The notes: generated by a model from the sequence alone, not told the origin. 64,000 nt of DNA from an uncultured Clostridia bacterium (GCA_937925475.1 CALEWH010000021.1:1448-65447); one strand, 5' to 3'. Numbered from the stretch's first letter, positions 28,865 through 39,521 are shown. Program-made: numbers and translations.

Positions 28865-30177
28865 TGGAATACAATCAATTACTAAAGAAAAAGGTTGGAT
28901 TTATCTCACTAGGCTGTGACAAAAATCGTGTTGATCTTGAAAAGATAATCGAACATCTTAGACAAAACGGTTTTAGCATAGTCCCTGTCGATGAAGCAAA
29001 CATCGTCATCATCAACACTTGCTCATTTATTCAAGACGCGAGAAAAGAGAGCATAGACGCAATCCTAAACACAGCACTTTTAAAATATGTTAATGTCGAA
29101 AAGATTGTTGTTACAGGATGCTTAAACAATATGAATTATAGTGATTTGAGTACAAGTATGCCCGAAGTCGATGCTTGGGTCAAACCCGAAAACAATATGG
29201 AGATTATTCCAGTTATAGCCAGCCTATATGGAGTTACAAAACTTCCGAAATCTAATGCTTGTGACACTGATAGGTTTTTGTCTACGCCAAGTCATTTTGC
29301 ATATTTGAAAATCGCCGATGGTTGCAACAATTTTTGCTCATATTGCACTATCCCATACATTAGGGGACGATATAGGAGCACACCAATAGAAGACTTGATT
29401 ATTGAAGCCAAAAAACTCACGGACAATGGAGTAAAAGAAATTATACTTGTAGCACAAGATGTTACTAAGTATGGAGATGACCTTTATGGCAAGCCAAGTC
29501 TTGTTCGACTTATAAAAGAATTAAGCAAAATCGAAAAACTAGAAAAAATCCGTTTGTTGTATTGTTATCCTGATCTAATAACTGACGAACTTATTAATGA
29601 GATGGCAGTCAATAATAAGGTTGCAAAATATATTGATATGCCACTCCAACATATTGACAATGATATATTGAAAGCAATGAATAGGCGGACAAGCAAAGAG
29701 CAAATTTGCGATATTATACACAAACTTCGCTTGAATATGCCCAATATAAAAATTCGCACTACATTTATAATTGGTTTCCCTGGCGAAACAGATACAAACT
29801 TTGAAAACTTGATTGACTTTGTAAAAGAATACAAACTCGACTATGTAGGATTTTTCAAATATAGTAGGGAAGAAGGTACACGCGCATATAGTTTTGCAAA
29901 TCAAGTGCCTGAGTCTGTTAAAAACAAGAGATTAAGGACTTTATCTAATATTCAATACGAGATTGTAAACACCAAAAACCAAGCAATGATCGGCAAAACA
30001 ATAAGTTGTGTGATTGACCAGATTTCAAACGACTACTTGATTTGTCGACCAGATAATTGTCCAAATGTAGACAATGTTATATTTGTCAAAAAGAAAGCCG
30101 ACTACATAGTTGGAAACACAGTAAATGTACTAATCACAAAAACCAAAAAGTACGATTTGATAGGAGAAATAAAATGA
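28864..30177 (+). CDS. rimO: ribosomal protein S12 methylthiotransferase RimO
   Basis: N-terminal FISLGCDKNRVD, radical SAM CNNFCSYCTIP, TRAM C-terminus. Lies between ftsK and pgsA. Confidence 0.85.
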   Translation: MEYNQLLKKKVGFISLGCDKNRVDLEKIIEHLRQNGFSIVPVDEANIVIINTCSFIQDARKESIDAILNTALLKYVNVEKIVVTGCLNNMNYSDLSTSMPEVDAWVKPENNMEIIPVIASLYGVTKLPKSNACDTDRFLSTPSHFAYLKIADGCNNFCSYCTIPYIRGRYRSTPIEDLIIEAKKLTDNGVKEIILVAQDVTKYGDDLYGKPSLVRLIKELSKIEKLEKIRLLYCYPDLITDELINEMAVNNKVAKYIDMPLQHIDNDILKAMNRRTSKEQICDIIHKLRLNMPNIKIRTTFIIGFPGETDTNFENLIDFVKEYKLDYVGFFKYSREEGTRAYSFANQVPESVKNKRLRTLSNIQYEIVNTKNQAMIGKTISCVIDQISNDYLICRPDNCPNVDNVIFVKKKADYIVGNTVNVLITKTKKYDLIGEIK

Positions 30178-30782
30178 ATTTACCAAATAAAATAACAATG
30201 ATTCGAATAATTTTGATACCTTTTATAATTTTCTTTTACCTTGCAGATTTTCTAAATCCATACGGTAAAGTTATTGCACTAGCACTATTTATAATTGCAG
30301 CGCTTACAGACAGGCTTGATGGCTATCTTGCACGCAAACTTAATATGACCACAACACTTGGAGTTTTCTTGGACACAAATGCTGACAAACTTCTTACAAA
30401 TATAAGCTTGCTACTAATAGTTTGTGACGGGACTATCCCAATGCCATATGGCGTGTTAGTTGCGATTATTTTCGTAGGACGCGATATTGTTATTTCTGCA
30501 CTAAAACAACTTGCTGCATCTAAAAATTATGTTATGTGCGCCGACCAATTAGGTCGCGTTAAAGCTGGATTTCAAATGGTATCTATTCCAGCATTGATGC
30601 TTGCTGCCTTCTTAAATTTAGTTGTTACAAATTCAACTGTTGTAAAAGTATTTTACATATTTGGCTGGTCAATACTAGGGGTTGCTACAGCACTTACAAT
30701 TATCTCGATGCTTAACTACCTAATTAAAAATCACGCATTCTTTGTAGAAGACAAAAAGGAAGAAAGTACAAAAGAAGACTAA
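30174..30782 (+). CDS. pgsA: CDP-diacylglycerol--glycerol-3-phosphate 3-phosphatidyltransferase
   Basis: MNLPNKITMIRI start overlaps the rimO stop (ATGA). CDP-alcohol motif DRLDGYLARK...GVFLDTNADK. Confidence 0.92.
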   Translation: MNLPNKITMIRIILIPFIIFFYLADFLNPYGKVIALALFIIAALTDRLDGYLARKLNMTTTLGVFLDTNADKLLTNISLLLIVCDGTIPMPYGVLVAIIFVGRDIVISALKQLAASKNYVMCADQLGRVKAGFQMVSIPALMLAAFLNLVVTNSTVVKVFYIFGWSILGVATALTIISMLNYLIKNHAFFVEDKKEESTKED

Positions 30783-30783
30783 T

Positions 30784-31995
30784 ATGACATTCTCTGTTTT
30801 GTGTGTTTCTAAGGACATTTTAATAGGAAAAGAAAAGGTGCAAGGCATTGACCGTATGTCAAAACTTTTGCACCTAAACGGCGGTACACTAAATGATTTT
30901 AGCGTACTTTTTCCTTTGAAAAACAACATAGTGGAGTATATACAAAACAGTGATAGCGACACAATAATTATTATGTCTGATGGCGAATACGAAACAAACA
31001 CAATCATCAAAAATGCAGTTTGTGACGCACTCGAACTCGAACTTGTAATCAATAAAAGTCTTGAAAAAACCATACTCGAATACGAGCCAAATATTGACAC
31101 ACTGTCGCTAAAAAACGAGTTGTGCATTCCGCAAAACGCGTCAGTGCTTGTTAATCCATATGGATATTTGCAAGGTTGGTTATTGCAAGATAGAAAGGAT
31201 ATATTCTTTTTTGAAAATTCGACCGATGTCATTAATTATACTCTTACAAATTCGGTTGTTCCTTTTTTAAGAAAGTCACTAAAAAAATCCTTCGAATGTA
31301 CTCAAATAAAGATGTTTGGACTTAGAGAGAGTGACGCAAGAGAGGCTCTTGCTAGCACTATCTCTCAATTTGACGAAATCATTTTCGAATTTTATCAAGA
31401 CTATCAAGTGCTAGATTTGGTTTTGAGATATGCGTCCGATTTGAGCCAAGCATATGTATCTGATTGCATTAGTTTTATTTATCAAAAACTACGAAAATTT
31501 ATAGTGACAAATGATGACACCAGTATCTACCAACTCGCTCTAGATCTATTGACTATTTCAAATAGGACACTTTGCCTTTATGAAACTGTTACTGCGGGAA
31601 ATATCGCTCAGTCACTCGCTGATTGCAAGGGCGTGTCCAAGCATTTGATAGAGCACTCCGAAGTAGGTTTTGCGCCACAAAATGTGATTAAAAATCTAGA
31701 ACTCAATCCCACTATCATAAACCAATATGGATATGTAAGTGTAAATGTTGCTTATGAAATAGCCGGCGTGCTTTTGGACAAAACCAAATGTGACATTATA
31801 CTGGTGACACTTGGAGATTTGGAAAACGACAATATGTGTTATACAGCAGTGGGGGATAATGATGGCATTCACATTTACAAGAGCAAGATAAACTCAGAAA
31901 AAGATGCTAAAAAGGTGCTTTCTGACACAGCAATTTTCTATTTAATTAAAAAACTTAAACAAAATGATTTGTATTTTAACAAAATTATAGTATAA
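30784..31995 (+). CDS. cinA: CinA-like protein, strongly diverged
   Basis: Canonical pgsA-cinA-recA position and a two-domain length of 403 aa. The C-terminal PncC-like segment is recognisable (ETVTAGNIAQSL...YGYVSVNVAYEIA) but signature residues are altered. Confidence 0.6.
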   Translation: MTFSVLCVSKDILIGKEKVQGIDRMSKLLHLNGGTLNDFSVLFPLKNNIVEYIQNSDSDTIIIMSDGEYETNTIIKNAVCDALELELVINKSLEKTILEYEPNIDTLSLKNELCIPQNASVLVNPYGYLQGWLLQDRKDIFFFENSTDVINYTLTNSVVPFLRKSLKKSFECTQIKMFGLRESDAREALASTISQFDEIIFEFYQDYQVLDLVLRYASDLSQAYVSDCISFIYQKLRKFIVTNDDTSIYQLALDLLTISNRTLCLYETVTAGNIAQSLADCKGVSKHLIEHSEVGFAPQNVIKNLELNPTIINQYGYVSVNVAYEIAGVLLDKTKCDIILVTLGDLENDNMCYTAVGDNDGIHIYKSKINSEKDAKKVLSDTAIFYLIKKLKQNDLYFNKIIV

Positions 31996-32017
31996 TGTTT
32001 ATAGTACAAATGTTTGA
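31991..32017 (+). promoter_or_regulatory. recA -10 box plus SOS-box-like site
   Basis: TATAAT at 31991-31996. GTACAAATGTTTGA at 32004-32017 matches 11 of 12 nt of one lexA operator box. Confidence 0.5.
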
Positions 32018-32035
32018 TAAACTGAGGTAAACAAA

Positions 32036-33028
32036 ATGGACGAAAATAAAAAGAAACAATTAGAACAAGCCATTCTACAAATTGAAAAACAATTTGGCAA
32101 AGGCTCAATAATGAAGTTAAGCGAAGGCGCAACAGCACATGTAGATGTTATTCCGACTGGCTGTTTGACACTAGACTACGCGCTAGGGATAGGCGGTGTT
32201 CCACGCGGTCGTATTGTAGAAATATATGGACCTGAGAGCAGTGGTAAGACTACTGTTGCTTTGCACATTCTTGCCGAAGCACAAAAGCTTGGCGGAACTG
32301 CTGCATTCATCGATGCTGAGCACGCACTAGACCCATCATATGCCGAGAAACTTGGTGTTAATATAAATGAGTTGTATATTAGCCAACCAGACAATGGTGA
32401 ACAAGCACTAGACATTTGTGAAACACTAGTAAGAAGCGGTGGAGTAGACATTGTAGTAATAGACTCAGTCGCAGCACTTACACCAAAAGCTGAGATAGAC
32501 GGCGAAATGGGCGACAACTTTATCGGAACACAAGCGCGTCTTATGAGCCAAGCACTAAGAAAACTTACAGCAATCACAAACAAGAGCAAAACCTGCGTTA
32601 TATTTATAAACCAACTTCGTGATAAAATTGGTGTTATATATGGTAGCCCTGAGACAACAACCGGTGGTAAGGCTTTAAAATTTTACTCTTCTATTAGACT
32701 TGATGTAAGAAAAGCCGATGTAATAAAAGATGGTAGCGAAATAATAGGAAACCGCACTAAGATTAAAGTAGTCAAAAACAAAATGGCTCCACCATTTAAG
32801 ACTGCTGAGTTTGATATAATGTACGGAAAGGGTATCAACAAAGAAGGTTGTGTACTTGACCTTGCAATTGATGCTGACATTATACAAAAGAGTGGTTCGT
32901 GGTATTCGTATAATGGAAATAAGATAGGACAAGGCAAAGACAATGTTGCTATATTCCTTAGAGAAAATCCAGACATCTATGATGAAGTTAAAAATACTTT
33001 AAAGACTAAAATGGGCTTAGATGTGTAG
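32036..33028 (+). CDS. recA: recombinase RecA
   Basis: GPESSGKTT Walker [19 protein letters not shown]. Confidence 0.98.
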   Translation: MDENKKKQLEQAILQIEKQFGKGSIMKLSEGATAHVDVIPTGCLTLDYALGIGGVPRGRIVEIYGPESSGKTTVALHILAEAQKLGGTAAFIDAEHALDPSYAEKLGVNINELYISQPDNGEQALDICETLVRSGGVDIVVIDSVAALTPKAEIDGEMGDNFIGTQARLMSQALRKLTAITNKSKTCVIFINQLRDKIGVIYGSPETTTGGKALKFYSSIRLDVRKADVIKDGSEIIGNRTKIKVVKNKMAPPFKTAEFDIMYGKGINKEGCVLDLAIDADIIQKSGSWYSYNGNKIGQGKDNVAIFLRENPDIYDEVKNTLKTKMGLDV

Positions 33029-33110
33029 TAGACTAGATAGATTAGATGCTATATTATTATTGTAGGTCAATACAGTCCACATTTAAAAATTTACAAATCA
33101 AACAGAAAAT

Positions 33111-33139
33111 AAAAAGAGATCGTATTGATCTCTTTTTTT
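33111..33139. terminator. bidirectional terminator between recA and the convergent PBP gene
   Basis: aaagagatc-gtatt-gatctcttt flanked by A- and T-runs. Confidence 0.8.
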
Positions 33140-35459
33140 AATAGAAAAACCAAGGTAAAATAGGCTCGTCATTATCAGTATTATTGATTTTAGGAATATT
33201 ATCGTTTATATAATTTTGATAAAAATCTGGTGTTATAATCGTAATAGTGTCGCTATCTCTCACAACATTATTGTATATAGTGTATGCTTCAATTTCATAA
33301 TTGTAAGCAGTATTTGGTTTGAGTCCAGTGTGTTCAAAACTGATTTCACCACTTTGATTTTCTATTGTTTTGAGTAATTTACCGTTGCACATTATATCGT
33401 ATATTATATAATCTTTTGCTACAAATTCGACCATATTTTTACTGTCAAAGTTGGTTACTTTAAAACCATTTACACTAATGTCGCTAAAAGTTGTACTTAT
33501 CTCAGTTGGGGTATGATTTGTCGAAAAAATCTCTTTTTTCTTATATCTAGGTGGAGTGTTGGCGTCCGCCAATTTTACTATATGATTGTCTTTTAGGCAT
33601 AGCGTATCTATCTCACACTCGACAATAGTTTTGGGTCTTTCAATAGGTGATGGTTTGTTATCTTTATATAACTTTTCAAATGTAGCACAAATAAGCTTTG
33701 TTGCGTTTGTTCCGCCATTGTTGTTGCCTTCCAAATTGTATTCGCTATCATACGAATAATTGCCATACCAAGTACCCATAGTATGCTTAGATGTATACGC
33801 AATACTTAGTGCATCAGTATTTAGATTTGTCCCTTTGACAGCGACAGTACCTGTTTTGCCATAGACTTCAAAAGGCAACTTTTTAAGGTTCATACTAGTG
33901 CCATTTGTGACACCATATCTCAATAAATCGCTTGTAAGATAGGCAGTATCAGCGCTCATTACATTTTTTTCATCACGATTTTTTCTGTATAGAGTTATAC
34001 CGTCCTTTGTTTTTATCTCGCTTACAAATCCTGACGAAATCATATTTCCGTTATTTGAATATGGCAGATACGCACTTGTCAGATTCTTTAAGGTTGTGCC
34101 ATATGTAAATCCGCCTAATGCAAGAGACAATCCATTATCATTTTCGTCAAATTTTATTCCCACTTTCTCTGCCCATTTTTTGCAATTTTTTACACCTAAA
34201 TAATCCATCAATTTTACTGCTGGCGTATTTAAACTCTGTCCTATGCAGTCGTAAATATTTACATATCCATGAAAAACATTTCCGACATTGTTGGGGCTAT
34301 ATCCACCATAATCAACTTTCTCATCGAGTATTGTCGAGCAGTTGTATATTAGCCCTTGCTCCAAAGCGGGCGAGTACACCATTATAGGTTTTATTGCGCT
34401 TCCTGGTTGACGACGCATATCAAGTAAATTGTATTTACTGTCAGTATACATTGCCTCGACGCCACCTGTGTCATTATTTATGACGATCGCTAGTCTTTCA
34501 CATGGATTTCCAAATGAGTTTTTGGGGATTTCTAATTCGGACATACTTTCCACAATATCATTTTGAATTTGTTGGTCGTAAAAAGTGTTTATAATGTATC
34601 CGTTTAGCGCCAAGTCTTTTTCACTAAGACCTAATAGTTGACACGCTTCGTTTATTGCACTTTGTGTATATATATCAAAATGCTTTGCTGGATTGTTTGT
34701 TATGTTTAGTGCTATTTCTTGGGTTTTTAGTTGGTCCACATTATCCAATTTCCCGTCCTTTTGCATCTCGGAAAGCACAAGGTTTCGGCGATTAAAACAA
34801 TTTTCATAGTTGTAGACAGGGGAGTATGTATAAGGTGATTTGATTATCCCCGCAAGAGTTGCACTTTCAAGCGGTGTAAGTTCTGTTGCCGATTTTCCAA
34901 AATAGTGTTTGCTCGCTTCATTTATGCCATAACAACCATCGCCAAAATATATAACATTTAGATACATCTCCATTATGTCGTCTTTGCTAAATGTTTTTTC
35001 AAGTTTTTTGGTGAGTAACATTTCTTTGATTTTGCGTCTTATGGTTTTGTCATTTGTAAGGTGAGTATTTTTAATAAGTTGTTGGCTTATTGTACTTGCA
35101 CCTTCTTTAAAACTCATACTTTTAATGTTGTTTAGCATCGCTTTGACAATACGCTTATAATTAAGCCCTTTATGTTTATAAAAATCCTTGTCTTCTATCG
35201 ACACAAAAGCATCAATAGTGTAGTCGTTTAGGTCGTTTAATTTCACCACTTCGTGGCCTGTCGAACCACTATTTGTAAGATTATTTCCAGCATTGTCATA
35301 CACCAAAAAAGATGTCGTAGATGCCAACAACTTGTTTTTGTCAAATGGTGTAAGACGCACTTCTTTCATAATACTGTTTATGTAGAAAATACTAAAAATT
35401 GACAAAACAAGTATAATTGAAAGTATTATTATAAGTGATATTTTCAAGGCTTTTTTCAT
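33138..35459 (-). CDS. class A penicillin-binding protein (transglycosylase/transpeptidase) with an FN3-like C-terminal extension
   Basis: N-terminal TM segment. GT51 motifs EDKDFYKHKG and GASTISQQL. Transpeptidase motifs SAIKP (SxxK) and GKTGT. C-terminal LKPNTAYNYEIEAY is FN3-like. Confidence 0.92.
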   Translation of the reverse strand: MKKALKISLIIILSIILVLSIFSIFYINSIMKEVRLTPFDKNKLLASTTSFLVYDNAGNNLTNSGSTGHEVVKLNDLNDYTIDAFVSIEDKDFYKHKGLNYKRIVKAMLNNIKSMSFKEGASTISQQLIKNTHLTNDKTIRRKIKEMLLTKKLEKTFSKDDIMEMYLNVIYFGDGCYGINEASKHYFGKSATELTPLESATLAGIIKSPYTYSPVYNYENCFNRRNLVLSEMQKDGKLDNVDQLKTQEIALNITNNPAKHFDIYTQSAINEACQLLGLSEKDLALNGYIINTFYDQQIQNDIVESMSELEIPKNSFGNPCERLAIVINNDTGGVEAMYTDSKYNLLDMRRQPGSAIKPIMVYSPALEQGLIYNCSTILDEKVDYGGYSPNNVGNVFHGYVNIYDCIGQSLNTPAVKLMDYLGVKNCKKWAEKVGIKFDENDNGLSLALGGFTYGTTLKNLTSAYLPYSNNGNMISSGFVSEIKTKDGITLYRKNRDEKNVMSADTAYLTSDLLRYGVTNGTSMNLKKLPFEVYGKTGTVAVKGTNLNTDALSIAYTSKHTMGTWYGNYSYDSEYNLEGNNNGGTNATKLICATFEKLYKDNKPSPIERPKTIVECEIDTLCLKDNHIVKLADANTPPRYKKKEIFSTNHTPTEISTTFSDISVNGFKVTNFDSKNMVEFVAKDYIIYDIMCNGKLLKTIENQSGEISFEHTGLKPNTAYNYEIEAYTIYNNVVRDSDTITIITPDFYQNYINDNIPKINNTDNDEPILPWFFY

Positions 35460-35519
35460 AGTTGTTTCTCCTAATTTTATTATGACTAAAAATAAACTAA
35501 TTATTATTAATAATTAAAC

Positions 35520-35548
35520 TTGAAATAATCGACATTTTTATGTATAAT
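35520..35548 (+). promoter_or_regulatory. sigma-A promoter of miaB-mutS-mutL-miaA
   Basis: TTGAAA (35520-35525), 17-nt spacer, TATAAT (35543-35548). Confidence 0.6.
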
Positions 35549-35567
35549 TATCTTGGAGAAATATGTT

Positions 35568-36884
35568 ATGACAAAAGAAAAATACCTTATCAAAACCTAT
35601 GGCTGTCAAATGAATGTGCATGAGAGCGAAAAACTTGCAGGAATGTTGAAGTCAATGGGTTATGACGAAACCGATAATATAAACGATGCCGATGTAATCG
35701 TTTACAACACTTGTTGTATTCGTGACGGCTGTGAGAAAAAAGTTTTTGGCAACTTAGGAATGCTAAAACCACTTAAAAAGAAAAAGCCAAACTTGATAGT
35801 TGCTATTTGTGGTTGTTTGACCCAAGCAGAAGGCAGAAAAGAGTATATAGCCAAAAAGTTTCCTTATGTAAACATTGTTTTTGGGACACACAATTTGCAC
35901 GAATTTAAAAACTATATTTTAAAATACAAACTTGACCACCAAAATATTTACGACATTTGGGAACAAGAAAAACCTATCAACGAACACACCGATATGTATC
36001 GAACAAGTGACTACAACGCATGGGTCAACATTATGTATGGTTGCAACAATTTTTGCTCGTATTGTATTGTGCCATATGTACGAGGACGCGAGCGCAGTCG
36101 CGACATCAATGATATTATCGAAGAAGTAAAGGGTTTGATTAAGGACGGATACAAGACAATCACACTGCTTGGCCAAAATGTAAATAGTTATGGCAATGAC
36201 CTAAACGACCCTAATGTTAGTTTTGCGATTTTGCTTGAAAAACTAGCAAACCTTGAAGGTGATTTTCGCATTAAGTTTATGACATCGCACCCAAAAGACC
36301 TTACTGACGAAGTTATCAATGTTATCGCAAAGTATAAAAAACTAGCAAAAGTTATACATTTGCCAATCCAATCTGGAAACAATAAAGTTCTTAAAGAAAT
36401 GAACCGCAGATACACTCGTGAGCACTATTTGACACTAATTGATAAAATCCGCACTCGCATTCCAGATTGCTATTTGTCGACTGACATCATTGTAGGATTT
36501 CCGGGCGAAACTAATGAGGAATTTGAAGATACATATAGCCTTGTAGAAAAAGTAAGGTATGACGGGGTATTTGCATTTATGTATTCGCCACGAACAGGTA
36601 CAATAGCCGAAAAAATGTCAAATCAAGTTCCCGAAGAAATCAAAAATCAAAGAGTAAACAAACTATTAAAATTGTCCAAATCCATTTCAAAAGAAAAAAC
36701 AGCCGAACTTGTAGGCAAAACACTATCAGTTTTGGTTAGAAGCAAGAATGGCGACGATTACAACGCTGTCAGTGAAAGTGGACGAGATATAATAGTAAAA
36801 TCTGAAAAACCAATCACACTTGATATGTTTTATGACTGCAAAATAGTCAGCACATCAAACAAACAAATCGTAGGTATAATCTAA
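35568..36884 (+). CDS. miaB: tRNA-2-methylthio-N6-dimethylallyladenosine synthase MiaB
   Basis: KTYGCQMN N-terminus, radical SAM CNNFCSYCIVP, TRAM domain. Lies upstream of mutS. Confidence 0.92.
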   Translation: MTKEKYLIKTYGCQMNVHESEKLAGMLKSMGYDETDNINDADVIVYNTCCIRDGCEKKVFGNLGMLKPLKKKKPNLIVAICGCLTQAEGRKEYIAKKFPYVNIVFGTHNLHEFKNYILKYKLDHQNIYDIWEQEKPINEHTDMYRTSDYNAWVNIMYGCNNFCSYCIVPYVRGRERSRDINDIIEEVKGLIKDGYKTITLLGQNVNSYGNDLNDPNVSFAILLEKLANLEGDFRIKFMTSHPKDLTDEVINVIAKYKKLAKVIHLPIQSGNNKVLKEMNRRYTREHYLTLIDKIRTRIPDCYLSTDIIVGFPGETNEEFEDTYSLVEKVRYDGVFAFMYSPRTGTIAEKMSNQVPEEIKNQRVNKLLKLSKSISKEKTAELVGKTLSVLVRSKNGDDYNAVSESGRDIIVKSEKPITLDMFYDCKIVSTSNKQIVGII

Positions 36885-36893
36885 GGAGAAAAT

Positions 36894-39521
36894 ATGTCAG
36901 ATTTAAAAACAATTATTGACAGAAATCGTCTTAGTCCAATGATGAAAAAATATGTAGACACAAAGGACAAATATCAAGACGCAATACTTTTATATAGACT
37001 AGGCGACTTTTACGAGTTGTTTTTCGACGATGCCGAACTATGCAGTAGAGTGCTAGGCCTTACATTGACAGGAAAAGACTGCGGACTAGACACACGAGCA
37101 CCAATGTGTGGTATGCCATATCATGCTGTTGACACTTATGTCCAAAAACTGATAAGTGCAGGATATAAAGTAGCCATATGCGAACAACTTTCCGCACCTA
37201 CAAAAGGTCCTAGTCTAGTAGAGAGAGATGTAGTTAGAGTAATTACACCAGGTACTGTCATTGACTCAAATCTTGTTAAGGAAGATCGAAACACATTTTT
37301 GGTTTCGCTATATAAAGAGAAAAACAATATAGGACTTGCCTATATTGATATTTCGACAGGGGAGTTTTATGTAAGCGAGTTTACAGGTGACAATATTCTA
37401 TCACGCCTAAACGACACTTTGCTTCGCATAAGACCAAGCGAAATCATATGCAATAAAGAGATGAGTAAGTGCGTTGATATGCCATGTGTGCGAGGCAAGT
37501 ATGTTCCCGAATTTGAGTACTATGACGAAACAAATTATGATTATAGTCTATGTGATAGCATACTTAAAAAACAGCTTAACACAAACAACTTAAAAACTTT
37601 TGGAATAGCCAATAAAATATATGCAATCATAGCAGGTGGCAGCGTTCTAAATTACATTCGCCAAACACAAAAGCGTGATTTGAGCCACATAAACAAAGTT
37701 ACTTATGAAGTCAATGACGAGTACATGCAAATAGATGGCAGTACACGACGCAACTTGGAGATTAGTGAAACATCTAAGGACAGAAAAAAATATGGTTCGC
37801 TACTATGGTTGCTTGACAAGACCAAAACAAAAATGGGTCAACGCATGCTTACAAGTATGGTCGAACAACCTTTGTTTAATGCAACTAAAATCAATTATAG
37901 ACTAAAAGGCGTAGAAGAACTCTACAAAAACATAATTGCACGCGAAAACATAAGTCAAATACTGTACAAAATATACGATATAGAAAGACTATGTGGCAAA
38001 ATTAGTTACAACAATATTAGTCCAAAAGATTGTGTTTCGCTTAAAACTTCTTTGCAAATGTTGCCCGAATTAAAATCATTGTTGGACAATTTTTCTAGTC
38101 CTATTTTAAGCGATATCAAAGAAAACATATCGACATTTGACGACCTAGTTTTGCTTATAGACCGAGCTATCGACGAAGAAAAAGCAACATCTACATTAAA
38201 GGATTATGGATTTATCAAAGCGGGATACAACTCCGAACTTGACGAACTTAACAACATATCAACTTCGGGTCGAAATTGGATAATCCAACTTGAAGCCAGC
38301 GAAAAAGAAAAGACAAATATCAAAGGACTTAAAATAGCATACAATAAGGTTTTTGGGTATTATATCGAAGTACCTAATAGTCAAAAGGACCTTGTTCCGT
38401 TTAACTATGTGAGAAAGCAAACCATAGTAAATGCAGAGAGATATATTACCGAAGAACTAAAAACAATTGAAGATAAAATTTTGCACGCCGAAGAGAATAG
38501 AGTATCGCTCGAACAAAAATTGTATGCCGAGCTTAGAAACACACTTTTACAATTTATAACCCCACTACAAAATACATCACACAGCATTGCTTTGCTTGAC
38601 GCAATTTTGTCACTGGCTGTTGTTGCTGTCGAGAGAAATTATGTAAAGCCTATTATAAACAAAAACACCGAAGGAATCGAGATAATCGGTGGAAGACACC
38701 CAATCGTCGAAGCAATCAATAAAGAAGAAGACTTTGTGCCAAATGACACAATTCTAAATGATACAGACTCACGCATTATGATTATCACTGGCCCAAATAT
38801 GGCTGGTAAAAGTACATATATGCGTCAAGTTGCACTCATTACTTACATGGCTCATATTGGTTCGTTTGTGCCCGCAACGAGCGCAAAAATCGCACTTACT
38901 GATAAGATTTTTACGCGTGTAGGCGCTAGCGATGACCTTAGTTTTGGTCAATCTACTTTCATGGTTGAGATGAGCGAAGTTAGTAATATCGTCAAAAACG
39001 CAACCAACAAATCTCTAATTGTACTTGACGAAGTAGGAAGGGGCACAAGCACTTTTGATGGTCTTTCTATTGCATGGAGCGTTGTGGAATATATTTCGAA
39101 AAACCTTAACGCAAAAACACTTTTTGCCACTCACTATCACGAACTAACTGACCTTGAAGGGACTCTTGAAGGAGTTAAAAACTATCGAATTAGCATAAAA
39201 GAGTATAACAACTCAATAGTATTTTTAAGAAAAATAGTAAGGGGCGGGGCAAATAAAAGTTTTGGTATCGAAGTTGCGTCACTTGCCGGACTTCCAAACG
39301 AAATTTTAAGTCGTGCTCGTGAAATATTACACTATCTAGAAGAAAACGACCTTAATAAGTCACCTGAAAAAATATCCACTGATACTCAGGTTTCGAAAAA
39401 GGATGTGAGAGCGCAAAACGAAATCATGGCAGTTTTAAAAGATATTGATGTAAATACACTTACTCCGCTTAGTGCTTTTGATACACTTGTAAGCCTAAAA
39501 GGTTATTTAAAAGAAAAATAA
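36894..39521 (+). CDS. mutS: DNA mismatch repair protein MutS
   Basis: TPMMKKY-type N-terminus (SPMMKKYVD), GDFYELF, Walker A GPNMAGKST, DEVGRGTSTFDG. Confidence 0.97.
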   Translation: MSDLKTIIDRNRLSPMMKKYVDTKDKYQDAILLYRLGDFYELFFDDAELCSRVLGLTLTGKDCGLDTRAPMCGMPYHAVDTYVQKLISAGYKVAICEQLSAPTKGPSLVERDVVRVITPGTVIDSNLVKEDRNTFLVSLYKEKNNIGLAYIDISTGEFYVSEFTGDNILSRLNDTLLRIRPSEIICNKEMSKCVDMPCVRGKYVPEFEYYDETNYDYSLCDSILKKQLNTNNLKTFGIANKIYAIIAGGSVLNYIRQTQKRDLSHINKVTYEVNDEYMQIDGSTRRNLEISETSKDRKKYGSLLWLLDKTKTKMGQRMLTSMVEQPLFNATKINYRLKGVEELYKNIIARENISQILYKIYDIERLCGKISYNNISPKDCVSLKTSLQMLPELKSLLDNFSSPILSDIKENISTFDDLVLLIDRAIDEEKATSTLKDYGFIKAGYNSELDELNNISTSGRNWIIQLEASEKEKTNIKGLKIAYNKVFGYYIEVPNSQKDLVPFNYVRKQTIVNAERYITEELKTIEDKILHAEENRVSLEQKLYAELRNTLLQFITPLQNTSHSIALLDAILSLAVVAVERNYVKPIINKNTEGIEIIGGRHPIVEAINKEEDFVPNDTILNDTDSRIMIITGPNMAGKSTYMRQVALITYMAHIGSFVPATSAKIALTDKIFTRVGASDDLSFGQSTFMVEMSEVSNIVKNATNKSLIVLDEVGRGTSTFDGLSIAWSVVEYISKNLNAKTLFATHYHELTDLEGTLEGVKNYRISIKEYNNSIVFLRKIVRGGANKSFGIEVASLAGLPNEILSRAREILHYLEENDLNKSPEKISTDTQVSKKDVRAQNEIMAVLKDIDVNTLTPLSAFDTLVSLKGYLKEK

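Noticed and set aside
30057-30173. N-terminal extensions in the ORF track: pgsA from 30057, ruvA from 8908, miaA from 41435, lexA to 43090, recombinase to 44212, thrS from 2710, secD from 14105, rny to 54924, and others.
   Set aside because: The extensions overlap upstream genes or terminators, lack SDs, and add non-homologous residues. In every case an internal start with a good SD reproduces the family N-terminus.
30720-31232. 170-aa minus-strand ORF spanning the pgsA/cinA junction. I considered it as an alternative to the weakly conserved cinA call.
   Set aside because: The product is Ser/Phe-rich with no SD. It overlaps the well-supported pgsA 3' end. The plus-strand ORF is full length (403 codons) and retains recognisable CinA C-terminal similarity.
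33029-33060. A TAGA-type short tandem pattern (tagactagatagattagatg) just after recA.
   Set aside because: It has only four imperfect 4-5-nt units and no flanking structure. This is likely chance in an AT-rich spacer.
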